From Hormiphora californensis (lineage: Eukaryota > Animalia > Ctenophora): a stretch of DNA of 64,000 nt. Shown piece after piece: positions 36,970 through 55,195 of this stretch (position 1 is its first letter; the number at the start of each line of letters is the position of its first letter). The notes beneath the pieces are model-generated. The model did no database searches, was not told the DNA's origin, and worked only from the letters and a program-made list of their open reading frames with translations. A program made the position numbers and the translations under genes. Location of the stretch: assembly GCA_020137815.1 (NCBI GenBank), contig CM035353.1, positions 6,572,001 to 6,636,000 of the forward strand, in the 5' to 3' direction.

Positions 36970-38747
36970 CGGTTTTTTAAAAAAAAAATTTTAAAAAATT
37001 AAATGTTGGTCAGTCCAATGCTCTGACAAATGTCTTGGGTTTTTATTAAATTTTTTAAAAAACCTCTCTTTTTTAAAAAATTTTCCCCTTTTTTTCCCCT
37101 TTTATTTTGGGGGGGCGTGGGAAAATTTGGGGGGGAAAAAAAATTAAAAAAAAAAAAAAGGGGGGAAAAGAGGAAAAGGGGGGGAAAAAAGAAAAAAAGA
37201 AAAGAAAGGGGGAAAAAGGGGGGGAAAAACCCGTTTTAAAGAAACCCCCCCCAACCCCCAAAAAAAACAAAAATTTTTTTTTTGTCTCTTGCTCAATCCC
37301 CCCCCCCCAAATTTTTTAAAAACCCTTCCCCCCAAAAAAAATTTTTTTCCCCCCTTCCCCCTTTTTTTTTTTGAAATTTTTTTGGGGTTTTCCCCTTAAA
37401 TTTAAAAGGATGTGTAATATCATTGTGCAAGGGCCCCCTTTTTTTATGGGAAAAATTTTTTGGAAAAAGAAGAAGAGAGAGAGGGAAAAGGGGAAAAAGG
37501 GAAAAAAAAAAAGGGGGGGGGGAAATTTTGAGGAAGGGGGAAAAGGGGGGGGTTTTCCCCCTTTTTTTTTTTAAACCCCCCTTTTTTTAAAAAAAAAAAA
37601 ATTTTTAAAAAACCCCTTTTTTTTAACCCTTTTTTTGGGTTTTTTTTTTTAAACCCCCCCCCCCTTTTTTTTTTAAAAATTTTTTTAAAAAAATTTTTTT
37701 CCCCCAAAAATTTTTTTGGGGAAAAAATTTTTTTTTTTTTCCCCTTTTTTGGGGGGGGGGGCCCCCTTTTTTTTTTTTTTTCCCCCCCTTTTTCCCCCTT
37801 TTTTTTTTTTTTGGTTTTAAATTTAAATTAATTTTTATTTTTTTAAAAATTTAAAAAATTTTTTTTTATTTTTTTTTTTTTAACCCCTTTTTTTTTTTCC
37901 CCCCCCCCCCCCCCCCCAAAAAAAAAAAACCCCCCGGGGGGCCCCCCCAAAAAAAAATTTTTTCCCCCCTTTTCCCCCCCCTTTTTTTTTGGGGAAAAAA
38001 ACCCCCCCCCCCCCCCCCCCCCCCGGCCCCCTTTTAAAAGGGAAAAAAAAAAAAAGGGGGGGAAAAAAAAGGGGGGGGGGCCCCCCTTTTGGCCCCCCCT
38101 TGTTCCCCCCCCTTTTTTTTTTTCCCAAAAATTTTTTTTTCAATTTTTTTAAAAAAAAAAAAAAAATTTTTTTTAAAAAATTTTTTTTTTGGGTTTTTTT
38201 TTTAAAAAAAACCCCCAAAACCCCCGGGGAAAAAAAGTTTTGGGGAAAAAAAAATTTCAAAAAAGGGGGGGGAAAAATTTTTTTTTTTTTTTTCCCTTTT
38301 TTTCCCTTTGGGTTTTTTTAAAAAAAAATTTTTTTCCTTTTTAAAAATTTTTTTTTTAAAAAAAATTTTTTTTTTTAAAAAAATTTTTTAAAAATTTTTA
38401 AAAAAAAAAAAATTTTTTTTTTTTTTAAATTTTTTTTTAAAAAAAAAAATTTTTTTTTTAAAAAATTTTTTTTCTTAAAAAATTTTTTTAAAAAACCCCC
38501 GGGAACCCCCCCTTTTTCCCCCCCCCCTTTTTTCCCCCCTTTCCCCCCCCAAAACCCCCCCTTTTTAAAATTTCCCCCCCTTTTCCCCCTTTTTCCCCCC
38601 TTTTTTTCTTTTTTTTTTCCCCCCCCCCCTTTCCCCCCCTTTTTCCCCCCCCCCCCCCCCCCCTTTTTTTCCCCCCCCCCCCAAAAACCCCCCCCCCCCA
38701 GGGAAAAAAAATTTTTTTCTTTCCCCCCCCGGGGTTTCCTTTTTAAA

Positions 38748-38778
<31 letters not shown>

Positions 38779-39670
38779 CCCTTTTGGGGGGGGGGGTTTT
38801 TTTTAACCCCCCTTTTTTTTGGGGGCCCCCCGGGGGAAAAAAATTTTCCCCCCCCTTTTTTTTTGGGGGGGGGGGAAAAAAAAAAAAAAAAAAGGGAAAA
38901 AGATTTTTTCCCCACCCCCCGGGGGAAAAAACCACCCCCCCTTTTTAAAGGGGGTTTTTAAAAGAACCGGCCCCCAAAAACCCCAAACCCCCCAAACCCC
39001 CCTTTTTCCCCCCAAAAACCCCCGGGGGGGGGCCCCCCCCCCCCCCCAAAAAAACCCCCCCCCCCCCCCCCCCAAAAAAGGGGGGCCCAAGGGGGGGAAA
39101 AAAAAACCCCCAAAAAACCCCCCCCTTTCCCCCTCCCTTTTTTTTTCCCCCCCAAAAAAATTCCAAAAAAAAAACCCCCAAAAGGCCCCTTTTCCCCCCC
39201 GGGGAAAAAAAAAAAAGGGCCCCTTTTTAAAAAAAAACCCCCCCCCTTTCCCCCCCTTTTTTCCCCCGGGGGGCCCCCCCCTTTTCCCCCCCAAAAACCC
39301 CGGAAAAGGGGGCCGGAAAAGGGAAAAAAAAGGGGGGAAAATTTTTTTTTTTTTAAAAAAAGGGGGGAAAAAATTTTTTTTTTTTTTTTTTTGCTTTTTT
39401 CCCCCCCTTTTCCCCTTTTTCCCCCCCCCCCCTTTTTTTTTTCCCCCGGGGGGGCCCCCCTTTTTCCCCCCGGGGGGGGGCCCCCCCCCCCCCTTTTTTT
39501 CCCCCTTTTTCCCCCCTTTTTTTTTGGTTTGTTTCCCCGGGGGCCCCCCCCCTCTTTTCCCCCCTTCCCCCCCCTTTTTTTTCCCCCGAAAAAAATTTTC
39601 CCCCAAATTTCCCCCCTTTTTTTCCCCTTTTTTTTAAAATTTTTTTTTTGGGGGGGGGGGGGGGTTTTTT
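36970..39670. other. Homopolymer-run block, probably a low-quality consensus or sequencing artefact
   Basis: It consists almost entirely of A/C/G/T runs, with small islands of normal sequence. The ORFs are only K/G/F/P strings. Confidence 0.8.
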
Positions 39671-39706
39671 ATAATTATAGTGGGTTTATATATTATATTG
39701 CTATTC

Positions 39707-40513
39707 CAGTCCTGTCGACAACTACACTTCAAATCTCAGAATTTCAAATTTTCGGTTCAAATGTGTAGACTACTAAAATTGAAACTGCTGGGGAGGGTTG
39801 GCACTTCTCATAACTCACCTGGGCAGCCACCAGAGGTCCAAAACCACTCAAAAAGGTCAAAAAATGGATTTTCGATTTGATGAAAACGACCGGCATCACG
39901 AGATTCCTCGTCAAATTCTAAGCATCCTCGTATAATTCTAGCTCACCAATTCAAACCAGTTCGGAGAAATGAGCGATGAAAGAAGCAAAAAGTGAACAAT
40001 ATTATGGGAGTAAGGGCTCAACTGGCTAAAAATAGATGACTGAATTCCTGTGTTTAGTCTATTGTAATAATCTCACTTTGCGCTCTCTCTTTTCTGCACT
40101 TCCCCTTTTCCCCCTTCCAAGATCAGAAAAGAGAGAGCGCAAAGTGAGATTGTTACAATAGACTAAACACAGGAATTCAGTCATCTATTTTTAGCCAGTT
40201 GAGCCCTTACTCCCATAATATTGTTCACTTTTTGCTTCTTTCATCGCTCATTTCTCCGAACTGGTTTGAATTGGTGAGCTAGAATTATACGAGGATGCTT
40301 AGAATTTGACGAGGAATCTCGTGATGCCGGTCGTTTTCCTCAAATCGAAAATTGATTTTTTGACCTTTTTGAGTGGTTTTGGACCTCTGGTGACTGCCCA
40401 GGTGGGTTATGAGAAGTGCCAACCCTCCCCAGCAGTTTCAATTTTAGTAGTCTACACATTTGAACCGAAAATTTGAAATTCTGAGATTTGAAGTGTAGTT
40501 GTCGACAGGACTG
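39707..40513. mobile_element. 807-bp near-perfect foldback element with 3-bp TTC TSD
   Basis: ttc|CAGTCCTGTCGACAACTACAC ... GTGTAGTTGTCGACAGGACTG|ttc; arms of about 390 bp around a short loop near 40110. Confidence 0.9.
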
Positions 40514-40586
40514 TTCGTGTGACGCTCATAGCTCTTGTGCAACAGCTCATGCTACAAGATCGTTTATCCAAAACGACATAACTGAC

Positions 40587-43500
40587 ATGAGACGTCTCAC
40601 TCTCTCTCTCTCTGGGTTTCATTTATTTGCTACGATTTGTTTATTGAGTTTTAGGGGTGGGGTGGGAACGACTTGTAGTGGTAATTGTGTTGCAGGTATG
40701 TACATAATTTCCAGTATTATTCACAAAAATCACAATGGCGGCCCTGTCTAGAATCAATTTCCATAAGGTAGCCCAACTCCAGTGCCAGTGGGAGCACGTA
40801 ATCTATTGTCACTATAATATTTATCCTCCCACCTGCAGCATCCTAAAAATATGATTTTGGGACCAATATGATTTCACAACTTTACCGTACGTCACAGATA
40901 ACTCGATCTAAGTGTAGAATCATATATTAAATGATAATATTATGCAGCATATTATGCAGTAATTTCATGGTGCGGGGACAACCCTTATCTTGGTAAACCC
41001 TGCTGTGCCAACCCCTCCCACACAAATTTACAAATTGTTCTCAGCTCCTGCATGTGTCCCTCGAGCCTTTACGACTTCTAGAAGGTGTCATATGTATTTA
41101 TCCCTTGTATTGCAATACCTGTGGTAACAGCAAGACCCGTGTGCCTAGAATTAGAACCGTATAACCATATTGCTTTATAATTCTAGAAGGGGCTAGATTT
41201 AACTTTAACAGTTCGCTAGCAACTAGAAATCTAGCAATATCAGACTGCTGATGAGTGGTATATTTAGGTGCCGGCAGGCACCTCCGACCCGAAGAAAACA
41301 GCAAAAAACGAAAAAAAGGAAAAAAAATTTTTTGCCCTTGCACAAAAACCCAAAAATGCCGGCCCTATTAAGAACAAAGAAAGGTCTTTTTTTGGGGGGG
41401 GGGGGGGGGGGGGGCAAAAAACATGTCAACGATTGTGGCCACACCGTTTGAGATATCGACTTGAAATTTTGTAGGCATGTTCTTGTAGTATTCCTTTGTG
41501 TCATGACGTTGGCGGATTTTTGAATTTTTAATTAATTAATTAATTATAGGTAATTAAAAATGGTGCAAGGGCACCGTGCCCTTGCACATTGCGTGTTCTG
41601 TCCCTTGCACCGCGCCCTTGCACCAAATTCTATTTTCCGTTCTGCTTAAAATATCGACTTGAAACTTTGTAGGAATGTTCTTCAATCATAAAAGATGATG
41701 TTCGAAAAGTGGGAATAGTCAAAATTAATTAATTAGTTAGTTAGAGCCGTGCAAAAAATGGAATTTGGTGCAAGGGCAGGCAATGTGCAAGGGCAAATGG
41801 TGCAAGGGCAGCCCTTGCACCAATTTTATGATCGAACTGTGTCCACACCGTTTAATATTTTGACACGAAACGTTCTATGCATGTTCTAGTAGCATAACTA
41901 CGAGTACTAGAAGAGCCGTATGATTAATATATCAATTAGGTAATTAATTATAGGCAAATTAATCAAAATTTGCCCTTGCACAATTTGTGCAAATTTCCCC
42001 TGAACATGTGCCCTTGCACCATTTTGTTTGCCGTTATGCTTAAAATATCGACTTGAAACTTTCTAGGAATGTTCTTCATGCATAAAACATATAATATAAT
42101 CTACAGAAAGTGGGAATAGTCAAAATTAATTAATTAATTACTTAGAGATTAATTTTGGGGTGGCCCCTGCACAATTTTGGCAAATTTGATATTCAAACTT
42201 TGAGCCTTTGTGAAAGTAATGAAAATTACAATAAGCTATAAAAACGCCCCTTTTTGTTACACAAGCCTGTGCTTGGTATCGAAGACACCTCACACTCTGT
42301 CGCCGGGCGACCTTCGCGTGCACACGCTGGCAAGGGGTAACTTCGTAACCAAAGCCTGTGCATTGTCCATAATGAAATGGATAAATTTTCATCCAGTTGC
42401 TGGCGATAGAACTCGATAGAGTTCGATTGATTTACCATGACAACGGAGTTGGTTACCATACTAACCAGAGAATTCGTTGTAAAATAGTCCTTTCTTGCTA
42501 TAAACTCGGCCTTTAGATAGAAAATTGATTTTATTCTACTCGCACTAATGCAAGGGCATTTCACAGTTTGGTGCCGTTATTTTTGTCTCTATTTTTAATA
42601 GGATTTTGGGATTAGACTGAAAGTATGGGATCATTTGAGAAGTAGTGAAGATTTGAAAATGTTAGCAACTTGCCGGTTCGACAAACTAAACCCATATGAT
42701 TCCAACTTCGGGTCGGACGAGGGGAAGCTTGCCTTTTGCGAACATATATATGCATTCATGTAACATGTTATATTTGCCTTGTTTGGTTGTGGGCCTACTT
42801 CACACGTTATATGAAATATGAGAAAGAGCCCCCCTATCTTTTATGAGCTAGTATAACCACACACCCCAAGCCTATCACAGTGTAGCAGTTCTTTGTCCTA
42901 ACTTTATCACGAGTTAGATGTTGTTGGCAAACATCCAGTAGTAAGAACAGCTTGTTTTTTCAGACTGTTATGTATCGTGTGTTACTGTTAGCAGTTATAA
43001 ATACTTTGTCACCCCTTACTCAACAAGCTTTACCCGTAGTACGTTCATCTCTTGAACAACATTGCAAACACGTGTCCCTCATCTACTCTAAAAACAGGTT
43101 TTCCTGATCTAGATTTTTACCGAACTATCATTTTATTAACTCGTTCCACCCTTAGCTGGATCCTAAATCCAATAATATGTATCTGGACAACTTTCAAAAT
43201 GAGACACGTCAATTTGGCTGTCCTGCCAAGGCGGTCTGCAAATATCCCACCCTCGGGGCCATCCAGGTTAGTCCCCTCCGCTATTCACTCTACTATTATA
43301 CTATACAGTGTGGGGCAATAACCCCCCCCCCTAGATACAGTGACAAGATTACATTCATGTCCCTCTCAAGACGACAACGATTTGTCCATGTTAGGCAATT
43401 TAAGGAGGAATATAATCTATTGGATATTTGACATATAATTGTTATATATGGGACAGAAATTTGACATTCCCTTCAATTCAGGAGAGGCCAGGGAACGAGG

Positions 43501-44263
43501 GAGAACTCTCGCCCAAGATGCTAGAACGAAAACTAAGAAAACTTGGACTGAAGCCCATGCCACTCGAAGAAAAGTAAGTCCTATAAAAATTCCATCCCGT
43601 TATTATTTATTTATTCATTTTGTATAATATACCGGCATATATTCGAGTAGTATGAAATTTGCATTTGTAGTAATTTTACCGTCGAAATCTTGACAGATGT
43701 TCGCATCCCTTCCTCGCACCTACGTCACATATATTATATTTACCGCACAGCAATATTCTCCCAGCTCTCTAAGTGTCATACCCCCCATTTATCTCAACCA
43801 CCTTCATCCTCCAGTTACACCCCAGTCCCCATTTCTATACAACACTACCCTCTTTCCTCCCTTCTAAACCACACTTTTAACCCTCTTTCCTCCCTTCTAG
43901 ACCACACTTTTAACCCTCTTTCCTCTCTTCTAGACCACACTTTCTAACCCTCTTTCCTCCCTTCTAGACCACACTTTTAACCCTCTTTCCTCACTTCTAA
44001 ACCACACTTTTAACCCTCTTTCCTCCCTTCTATACCACACTTTCTATACCCTCTTTCCTCTCTTCTAGACCACACTTTCTAACCCTCTTTCCTCCCTTCT
44101 AGACCACACTTTTAACCCTCTTTCCTCCCTTCTAGACCACACTTTCTAACCCTCTTTCCTCCCCCAGGATCTCCTGCAACATCAAATACATAACGATCCG
44201 AAAACAGTCCATGGCCAAGATCAATCTAGAGGTGCTGAAAGAGACCCTTGAAATTGTGATATG
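40587..44263 (+). CDS. Possible multi-exon 7TM/GPCR-like gene; 5' part unresolved
   Basis: The 3' exons join in frame through GT-AG introns: FPDLDFYRTIILLTRSTLSWILNPIICIW (TM7-like NP), ...GPSR|YSDK...FVH|ERPG...PLEEK|ISCNIK...EIVI*. A TM2-like LSLSGFHLFATICLLSFRG lies at ~40600. Confidence 0.4.
41263..42210 (-). mobile_element. Second, inverted member of the TGCA(A/G)GGGCA repeat family (see 18304-19655)
   Basis: ATTTAGGTGCCGGCAGGCACCTCCGACCCGAAGAAAAC is the reverse complement of the 19.5-19.65 kb terminus; internal blocks are shared. Confidence 0.75.
43846..44165 (+). repeat. About 33-bp pyrimidine-rich tandem array ending at a 3' splice site
   Basis: (AACCCTCTTTCCTCCCTTCTAGACCACACTTTT)n, followed by ...TTCCTCCCCCAG|GATC. 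Confidence 0.9.
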
Positions 44264-45213
44264 AGAGAGGAGAACGTGTCTGGTACACTATCATCCCAAC
44301 CAACTAACCACAGAGCATGAGAGATATGTCTGACAAGATATGATCACATGGGTATTTTCTGTTTAATTTGCAACATGATGCAGAACTGCAGGAGCAAGAA
44401 ACTCTGGCCGAATGTTGGCTGCCCTCGGATTTTGTATATATTCCTAATATTACAGGGAGTTAATGAGAGAACGAGACTCAAAAAGTAGAACTTTTAATAT
44501 ACATAACCCGATTGAGAGTGTGATGGAAATTTGTTTTTGTTTTATTTGTATTGACTGTTTTTGATTGATTTTTTTTGGCTGAGCAAAAGTTTAAGTTTGG
44601 CATTTGTCACCAAAATATGTCTGCTACATACTTAGATTGAGTTATGACTGATGCCTGGCAGCGGCCAGCGCCGACCCGATCATTTGAGATCCAAAACGGG
44701 GTCGGGCGCCGCCACACATGCATATACTCGCCCAGACTATCATGGACAGTACAACACCCTCCTTCAATTCTCTAATTTGTGAAATCGAAGGAGAGGGTCA
44801 ATTACATTTTAACAAACACACCACTCCCTGAACCAACAGTGTATAAAAACATACCTTACTGAAGAACATCCCATCACCCAACTGCTTCACCTTGGACTTG
44901 GCAGTTGACAGCAAAGCTGTGTCCCAATCTTAACTGATCTTGAGGAACCATCGCTTGACAACCATGGGTGGAAGTGAGAAAATGAGTGGAAAAGCAAGTG
45001 GAAACAAGTGGTTCACAATTGGATAAAAGTTGAATAAATTAATACATTTTCAAGTTTAAAAAAACGTCCGATTCGTTAACCAGTAATCAAAGTTCTTGAG
45101 GGATTCCTTTTTAAGTATAATTCTTGTTCCGAATCTGAACAACTGTAGAAGAAGAATCATCATTTCAGACATCAAAATAGTTCTCAGAACCTCCGGTTGT
45201 CGATCAGCCAATT

Positions 45214-46007
45214 TAGTAGAGTCGATAACTACATCGACCTCTCCCAATTGTTCCAGTTTTTGTCACATCAGTTTGGAGCCTCGACACGACCTCTAAACAG
45301 GTGTTACTTTTTCACAAACTGTTTTCATCTTGGTGTAATCAGCAGTTGAAATGTTGTTGATCATAACAAAAACCTGACTAAATTTTTTCAACTTGGGGTA
45401 AAACCATGGGTGTCAAAAGTTAGCTCTAGGTCCCCTGAGTAACCATCCGGAGACTCCAAGAGATATTTCAAGCCGTTCTCCTGTAATCATTAATCCCGGT
45501 AGAGCACATATTTGAGTATGGACGTACGTGCAATTGCCTACAACCTCAACTTTAATGTATAACGTTAATGTGCGTCTCTCTCTTTTCTCCCCCTTGAGAA
45601 AGAGTTATCTCGCGCGGCGCAACCGCACGTGCGGTTTTTTCCAGAGAGAGTGAGAGACATACAATAACATGTAAACAGCCTGCCAGCGCTCACGTACGTC
45701 CGCATTGTATTTTTTTCTCCACCGGGATTAATGATTACGGGAGAACGGCTTGAAATATCTCTTAGAGTCTCTGGATGGTTACTCAGGGGACCTAGAGCTA
45801 ACTTTTGACACCCATGGTTTTACCCCAAGTTGAAAAAAATTAGTCAGGTTTTTGTTATGATCAGCAACATTTCAACTGCTGATTACACCAAGATGAAAAC
45901 AGTTTGTGAAAAAGTAACACCTGTTTAGAGGTCGTGTCGAGGCTCCAAACAGATGTGACAAAAACTGGAACAATTGGGAGAGGTCGATGTAGTTATCGAC
46001 TCTACTA
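45214..46007. mobile_element. About 790-bp foldback element with 3-bp ATT TSD
   Basis: att|TAGTAGAGTCGATAACTACATCG ... CGATGTAGTTATCGACTCTACTA|att. Confidence 0.9.
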
Positions 46008-46194
46008 ATTGAGACAGTTCTTGGTGGCGAGTGATATCTTGAGCAGCGCGCTCACCCGATTCCACAATGGTGTACTTTCCTAGTTGTCCATGATGCGCGC
46101 GTCACGCACAACAAGTCCTTACGATGATAGTGTGTGCCCGAGCAGTGGCACATACCCCCACACACACAGACAGTGGGTCAACTTCTGTCATAAT

Positions 46195-51112
<4,918 letters not shown>

Positions 51113-51309
51113 TACTTTGCTGGAGAACGGGGGTATATCAGGTTAGTGAATAGTGGGGGGGGGAGAGCTAGAGTAGGTGAGAATAGGGGTATATCAGGTT
51201 AGTGGGGGGGGGGGTGATTGGGGGAGAAAAATTCCGTTTTGGAATGTATACAAAACAAAATAACTTATCAACAACAGTACTGTAACAAAACGCAATCTCT
51301 CTCACTATC

Positions 51310-52614
51310 TCACTGTCCCTCAAAGTGTCTATCCTCAAATTGCACTTTGAAGCGATCCGGGGAGACTTGTTTGATGGGCACAATGCATGTTCTCACCTCC
51401 TCGGCAACTTGGTGGGCCCTGGTTATCAACTTCTCTATCACCTCGTGATCATCCTCATCTGCCTGGTGATGGGGGGGGGGTATTACAGGGTGGTTATGTG
51501 GGGGGGGGGGGGGGGAGGGGAGTACTAAATTACAGGGTGGTGCTGGGGGAAGGATAGAGGGGAGTATTGCAGGGTGGTATTGAACACACTGTTATATATA
51601 TATACATATGTGGAACATCTCCTGACCCTTAATATGTTACCTTTCAAGTATCTGTTTCAGTATTATGATCTCAGATTGTTTTACAAGCTGGTTTTCGGTA
51701 TTACTAATATCCCCATTCCTGACTTCATTCAACCCATCGATCCTACTACGTTGAGAACCACGCGTCAGAATGTTGATATATGTGAGGGCCGTGATATCAC
51801 CACACTAGCTATTATCCCTGAACTTAGGAATGGTCCCGCTACCCACAGAGCGATCAGGGCTGGCTATTTCCATAGAACAGTCAGTTTGTGGAATAAGTTA
51901 CCCTTTTCGATCAGGCAGTGCAATTCACTACCCCTCTTTAATAAGCTAGTGAAGAAGCATATCTCAGGAACAATCGTCCCTGATGATATTCTCTGATCTT
52001 GCTCGTACTTGTTTATCAGTCACATCCACCCTTTCTCTTTCTCCTCTTCCTTCACCTTCTCCCTTCCGAGTGTAAAGCCGCATGACCCTGTTTTGCGGTC
52101 GTGGTATACCGCAGCTACCAGCACGAAAACCCTTCTCTAATGGTTTTATATTGCGTCAAGGCGAAACTAAATTTTCGTTGAGTTCAAGTTTTGTTAGTAA
52201 GGGACCCTTAGTTGCAGCCCTAATGCTGTGTGGGTCCCCTGGGTGCGTGAGTGTAACTTATTTGAAGCAATTGATTTATAAATGTCTCCCACCCAAAATA
52301 GTTAAACCCAAAAAAAATATATATATACTCAGATTGTTATGTTCTAACCCTCCTTTACAGAGTCTAGCTAGGCAACACTCATAGTGGATCTTGACCAGTG
52401 GAAGCTCATTATATATCCGATCCGGAAATTAGAAGTTTTGTTTGTCATTGGGGGATTGGTGGGAGTTAGCAACTACCTGAAGGTTGAACTCCGTGCGGAC
52501 AGCATGTCTGTATTGGTGGAATGCAGGTGGATCCCCATTGAATGCTACGTACCCAGCACGTAGGAGCCGCCTGTAGGAGGCAATAACACGCAGCTTCTGA
52601 GATGTACAAGCCAT
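51310..52614 (-). CDS. LYRM7: LYR-motif protein, complex III assembly factor LYRM7/MZM1-like; exons 52614-52477 and 51461-51310
   Basis: MACTSQKLRVIASYRRLLRAGYVAFNGD...VRTEFNLQ|ADEDDHEVIEKLITRAHQVAEEVRTCIVPIKQVSPDRFKVQF. Confidence 0.7.
51610..52320 (+). mobile_element. 5'-truncated CR1-like LINE, antisense inside the LYRM7 intron
   Basis: LNMLPFKY..YYDLRLFYKLV...YFHRTVSLWNKLPFSIR is a CR1 ORF2 C-terminus, followed by a UTR and an A-rich end. Confidence 0.75.
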
Positions 52615-53102
52615 CTAATAAAGAGAGAGAGGTAACTTGTGAAGCTGCAATTTAGTCATTGGTTGGTTGGTTGGTGAAAGCGGTTGGTACAGTTTGGACT
52701 TTGGAGCCCTTGTTATAGGCTCACGGTTTGACCATGAGGCTTCCCGATATTATAATTTAGTCATTGTCAGAAGATATAATGGGCCTGCCAAGAGCAGTGT
52801 GCGCTATACCCAGCTCTGTCAAATAAAACAGTTGATTTGTTTTAACGACATTGTATTATTTACAAATACATTCCCAAGTTGTGAATAAATTGAGAGGGAT
52901 ATTCACCTAGTTAACCTAGTTAACTGTAACTCTCATACAAATACACACTCCGTGCTGCAATATCGATAACACCACTATAAGCAAATTATAGGAAAAAACA
53001 TATCCAACTCCCTAGTTTTATGGGAGGTCAATAATGGGCAGTGTCCAGCATACCCTCACTTTTATCTTTCTCTCTCTTTCTGATAGCTCTAGATCTGTCT
53101 AT

Positions 53103-53211
53103 CTACGTCGATTTCACGTCTTTCTTGTTAGAGTCTTCTTTACTGGTGTCTTTCTCTTTTTCCTCTTTGTCTTCCTTCTCCACCTCCACCTGATAGAGAA
53201 GATAGAGAGAT

Positions 53212-53261
<50 letters not shown>

Positions 53262-53262
53262 C

Positions 53263-53297
<35 letters not shown>

Positions 53298-55195
53298 AAG
53301 TGAGAGAGAAGGTGTTACCTTCTTGACCCCATCCTTCTCCGCAGCCCGGTTGCTAGTTTTATTGTTGATCAAAGAGTGTAGGGCAATGACAGCACGGATT
53401 ATGCTCGCCGTGTACATCACCAGGTTTTGGTCATTCGTCTTCACCTGTGTAAAACATAGTATGTGGATTGTGGATGGGACGACAAAGAATGTTAGTACAT
53501 TATAGTACTAAATTATTAGTAACTACATTAAATGTGCCTAGTTACTATTATAACGGGGGGGGGGGGGGGGAGTGTAATTGAATCTAACAGACTATAGTGA
53601 CTCAGTACATACCGTGAATGCATCCATCAATTGGGGGATGTTGAGGTTAGGAAGGAGGTTGAAGACATCCTGGAGCTGGTAGATAATGGGGTGATTCACC
53701 GGGAGAGTGCCATCTGTAACCTGTAGGGGAGAGAATCAATATACAATGGGATAAAGTTGACATTCTCTGTCTCTGTCTCTGTCTCTGTCTCTGTCTCTGT
53801 CTCTGTCTCTGTCTCTGTCCTTGTCTCTGTCTCTATCTCCATCCCCATCTCTATATCCCCATCTCTATATCCTCATCACTCTATCCCCATCTCTCTAACC
53901 TCATCTCTATATCCCCATCTCTCTCTATCCCCATCTCTATATCCCCATCTCTCTATCCCCATCTCTCCATCCCCATTGCATCTCTATGCCCATCTATATA
54001 TCCCCATCCATTACGAACCTGTTCAAGATACACACTAATATCGTCCAACTTGCTGAACAGGCTCTTCAGGGCAGCTACCAGAGTGGAAAGATGCTGCGAG
54101 AGACTTCCCACTGTCGTGTCTTTGATGTCCCTAAGAAGATGTTCAACACCCACCTCTTCCGCCTCTTCCGCTCCAATCTCACTGCGCACGTGATCAAAGG
54201 TACGTGTGGTTGGCGTGCCATCATCGTGAACCTGGGTGTGAGAGATATTAGTGCATGATTGTAGGATTTTAACTACCTGATGTACCCTGTTTAGAATACA
54301 AATGGAGCAGGATACGTCATATCTACAGTAGGTTCTATCTGTGAAATAGGAAGTCAGGGCCCCATGTAGGGAATAAAAAGAAAGATTTTTCTACAAGGAC
54401 CAGCTGGGGCAGTTATAGGTACCTCATCGACAGAAATGTAAGCATCAGTGGGGAGTCCTAGATCCTTGGGCTTGGCATCGATAATCACCAGCACGCTGTC
54501 ACTGCAGTAACTTTTGATGATCTCATTAATTTTGATGTCGTTGGGATGCAGCTTTGGCCCAGTATGGTACCACCCTACAATCTTCTCTTTCGCGTTAACC
54601 TGTTGGGATGTCACGTTATGTTTTATTATCAGTTATAACTTATAACTGATACATAGTAGATAAGATATAGGTAAGATATACAGTGGCTGGCAGTCAAAAA
54701 CCAACAAAAATCACCTGTAAATACGTTTCAGCAAACGAAAACCATTAGCTTAACTTTACGTACCCTTTACCGTTTTGAACCCTTTACCTTTTTGAACATG
54801 TTGTACATGGTCTCAAGGTAGTCATGATCAAGGAAGTACACGTTAGGATCCTTCTCGTCTTCGTCGAATGGCACTGCAAAGCTGTTTGACACATCCAGAG
54901 ACCCTGGTGAGTGATGACTATTATCATAATATCACGATTATCATTTAATGACATCAAACTATCCATACCAACATTTGAAGCCCGTTGGTTTTTAAACGGC
55001 TAGATGCGTAACATTTCATGTGGATTCAAAGGTCCTAAACTATTCTGACATACCCTTGCTGAGTGATCCAAGAAGACATCCCACGACACGTTTCTGACTG
55101 CTGACCTTGTCAATTCGGTTGTAGTGGTCCACCACGCTCAACAAGACGAGTGGGTGAACAACAACTGTCTCAATGGGGCTACCTCCGGTGGACAT
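53103..55195 (-). CDS. PSMD7: 26S proteasome lid subunit Rpn8 (MPN domain), multi-exon
   Basis: [95 protein letters not shown]. Confidence 0.97.

Noticed and set aside
36970-39670. K/G/F/P-rich ORFs, or a novel low-complexity or G-quadruplex system
   Set aside because: Balanced runs of all four bases with islands of normal sequence indicate degraded base-calling. The same distortion garbles WRAP53 coding sequence at ~49960-50340.
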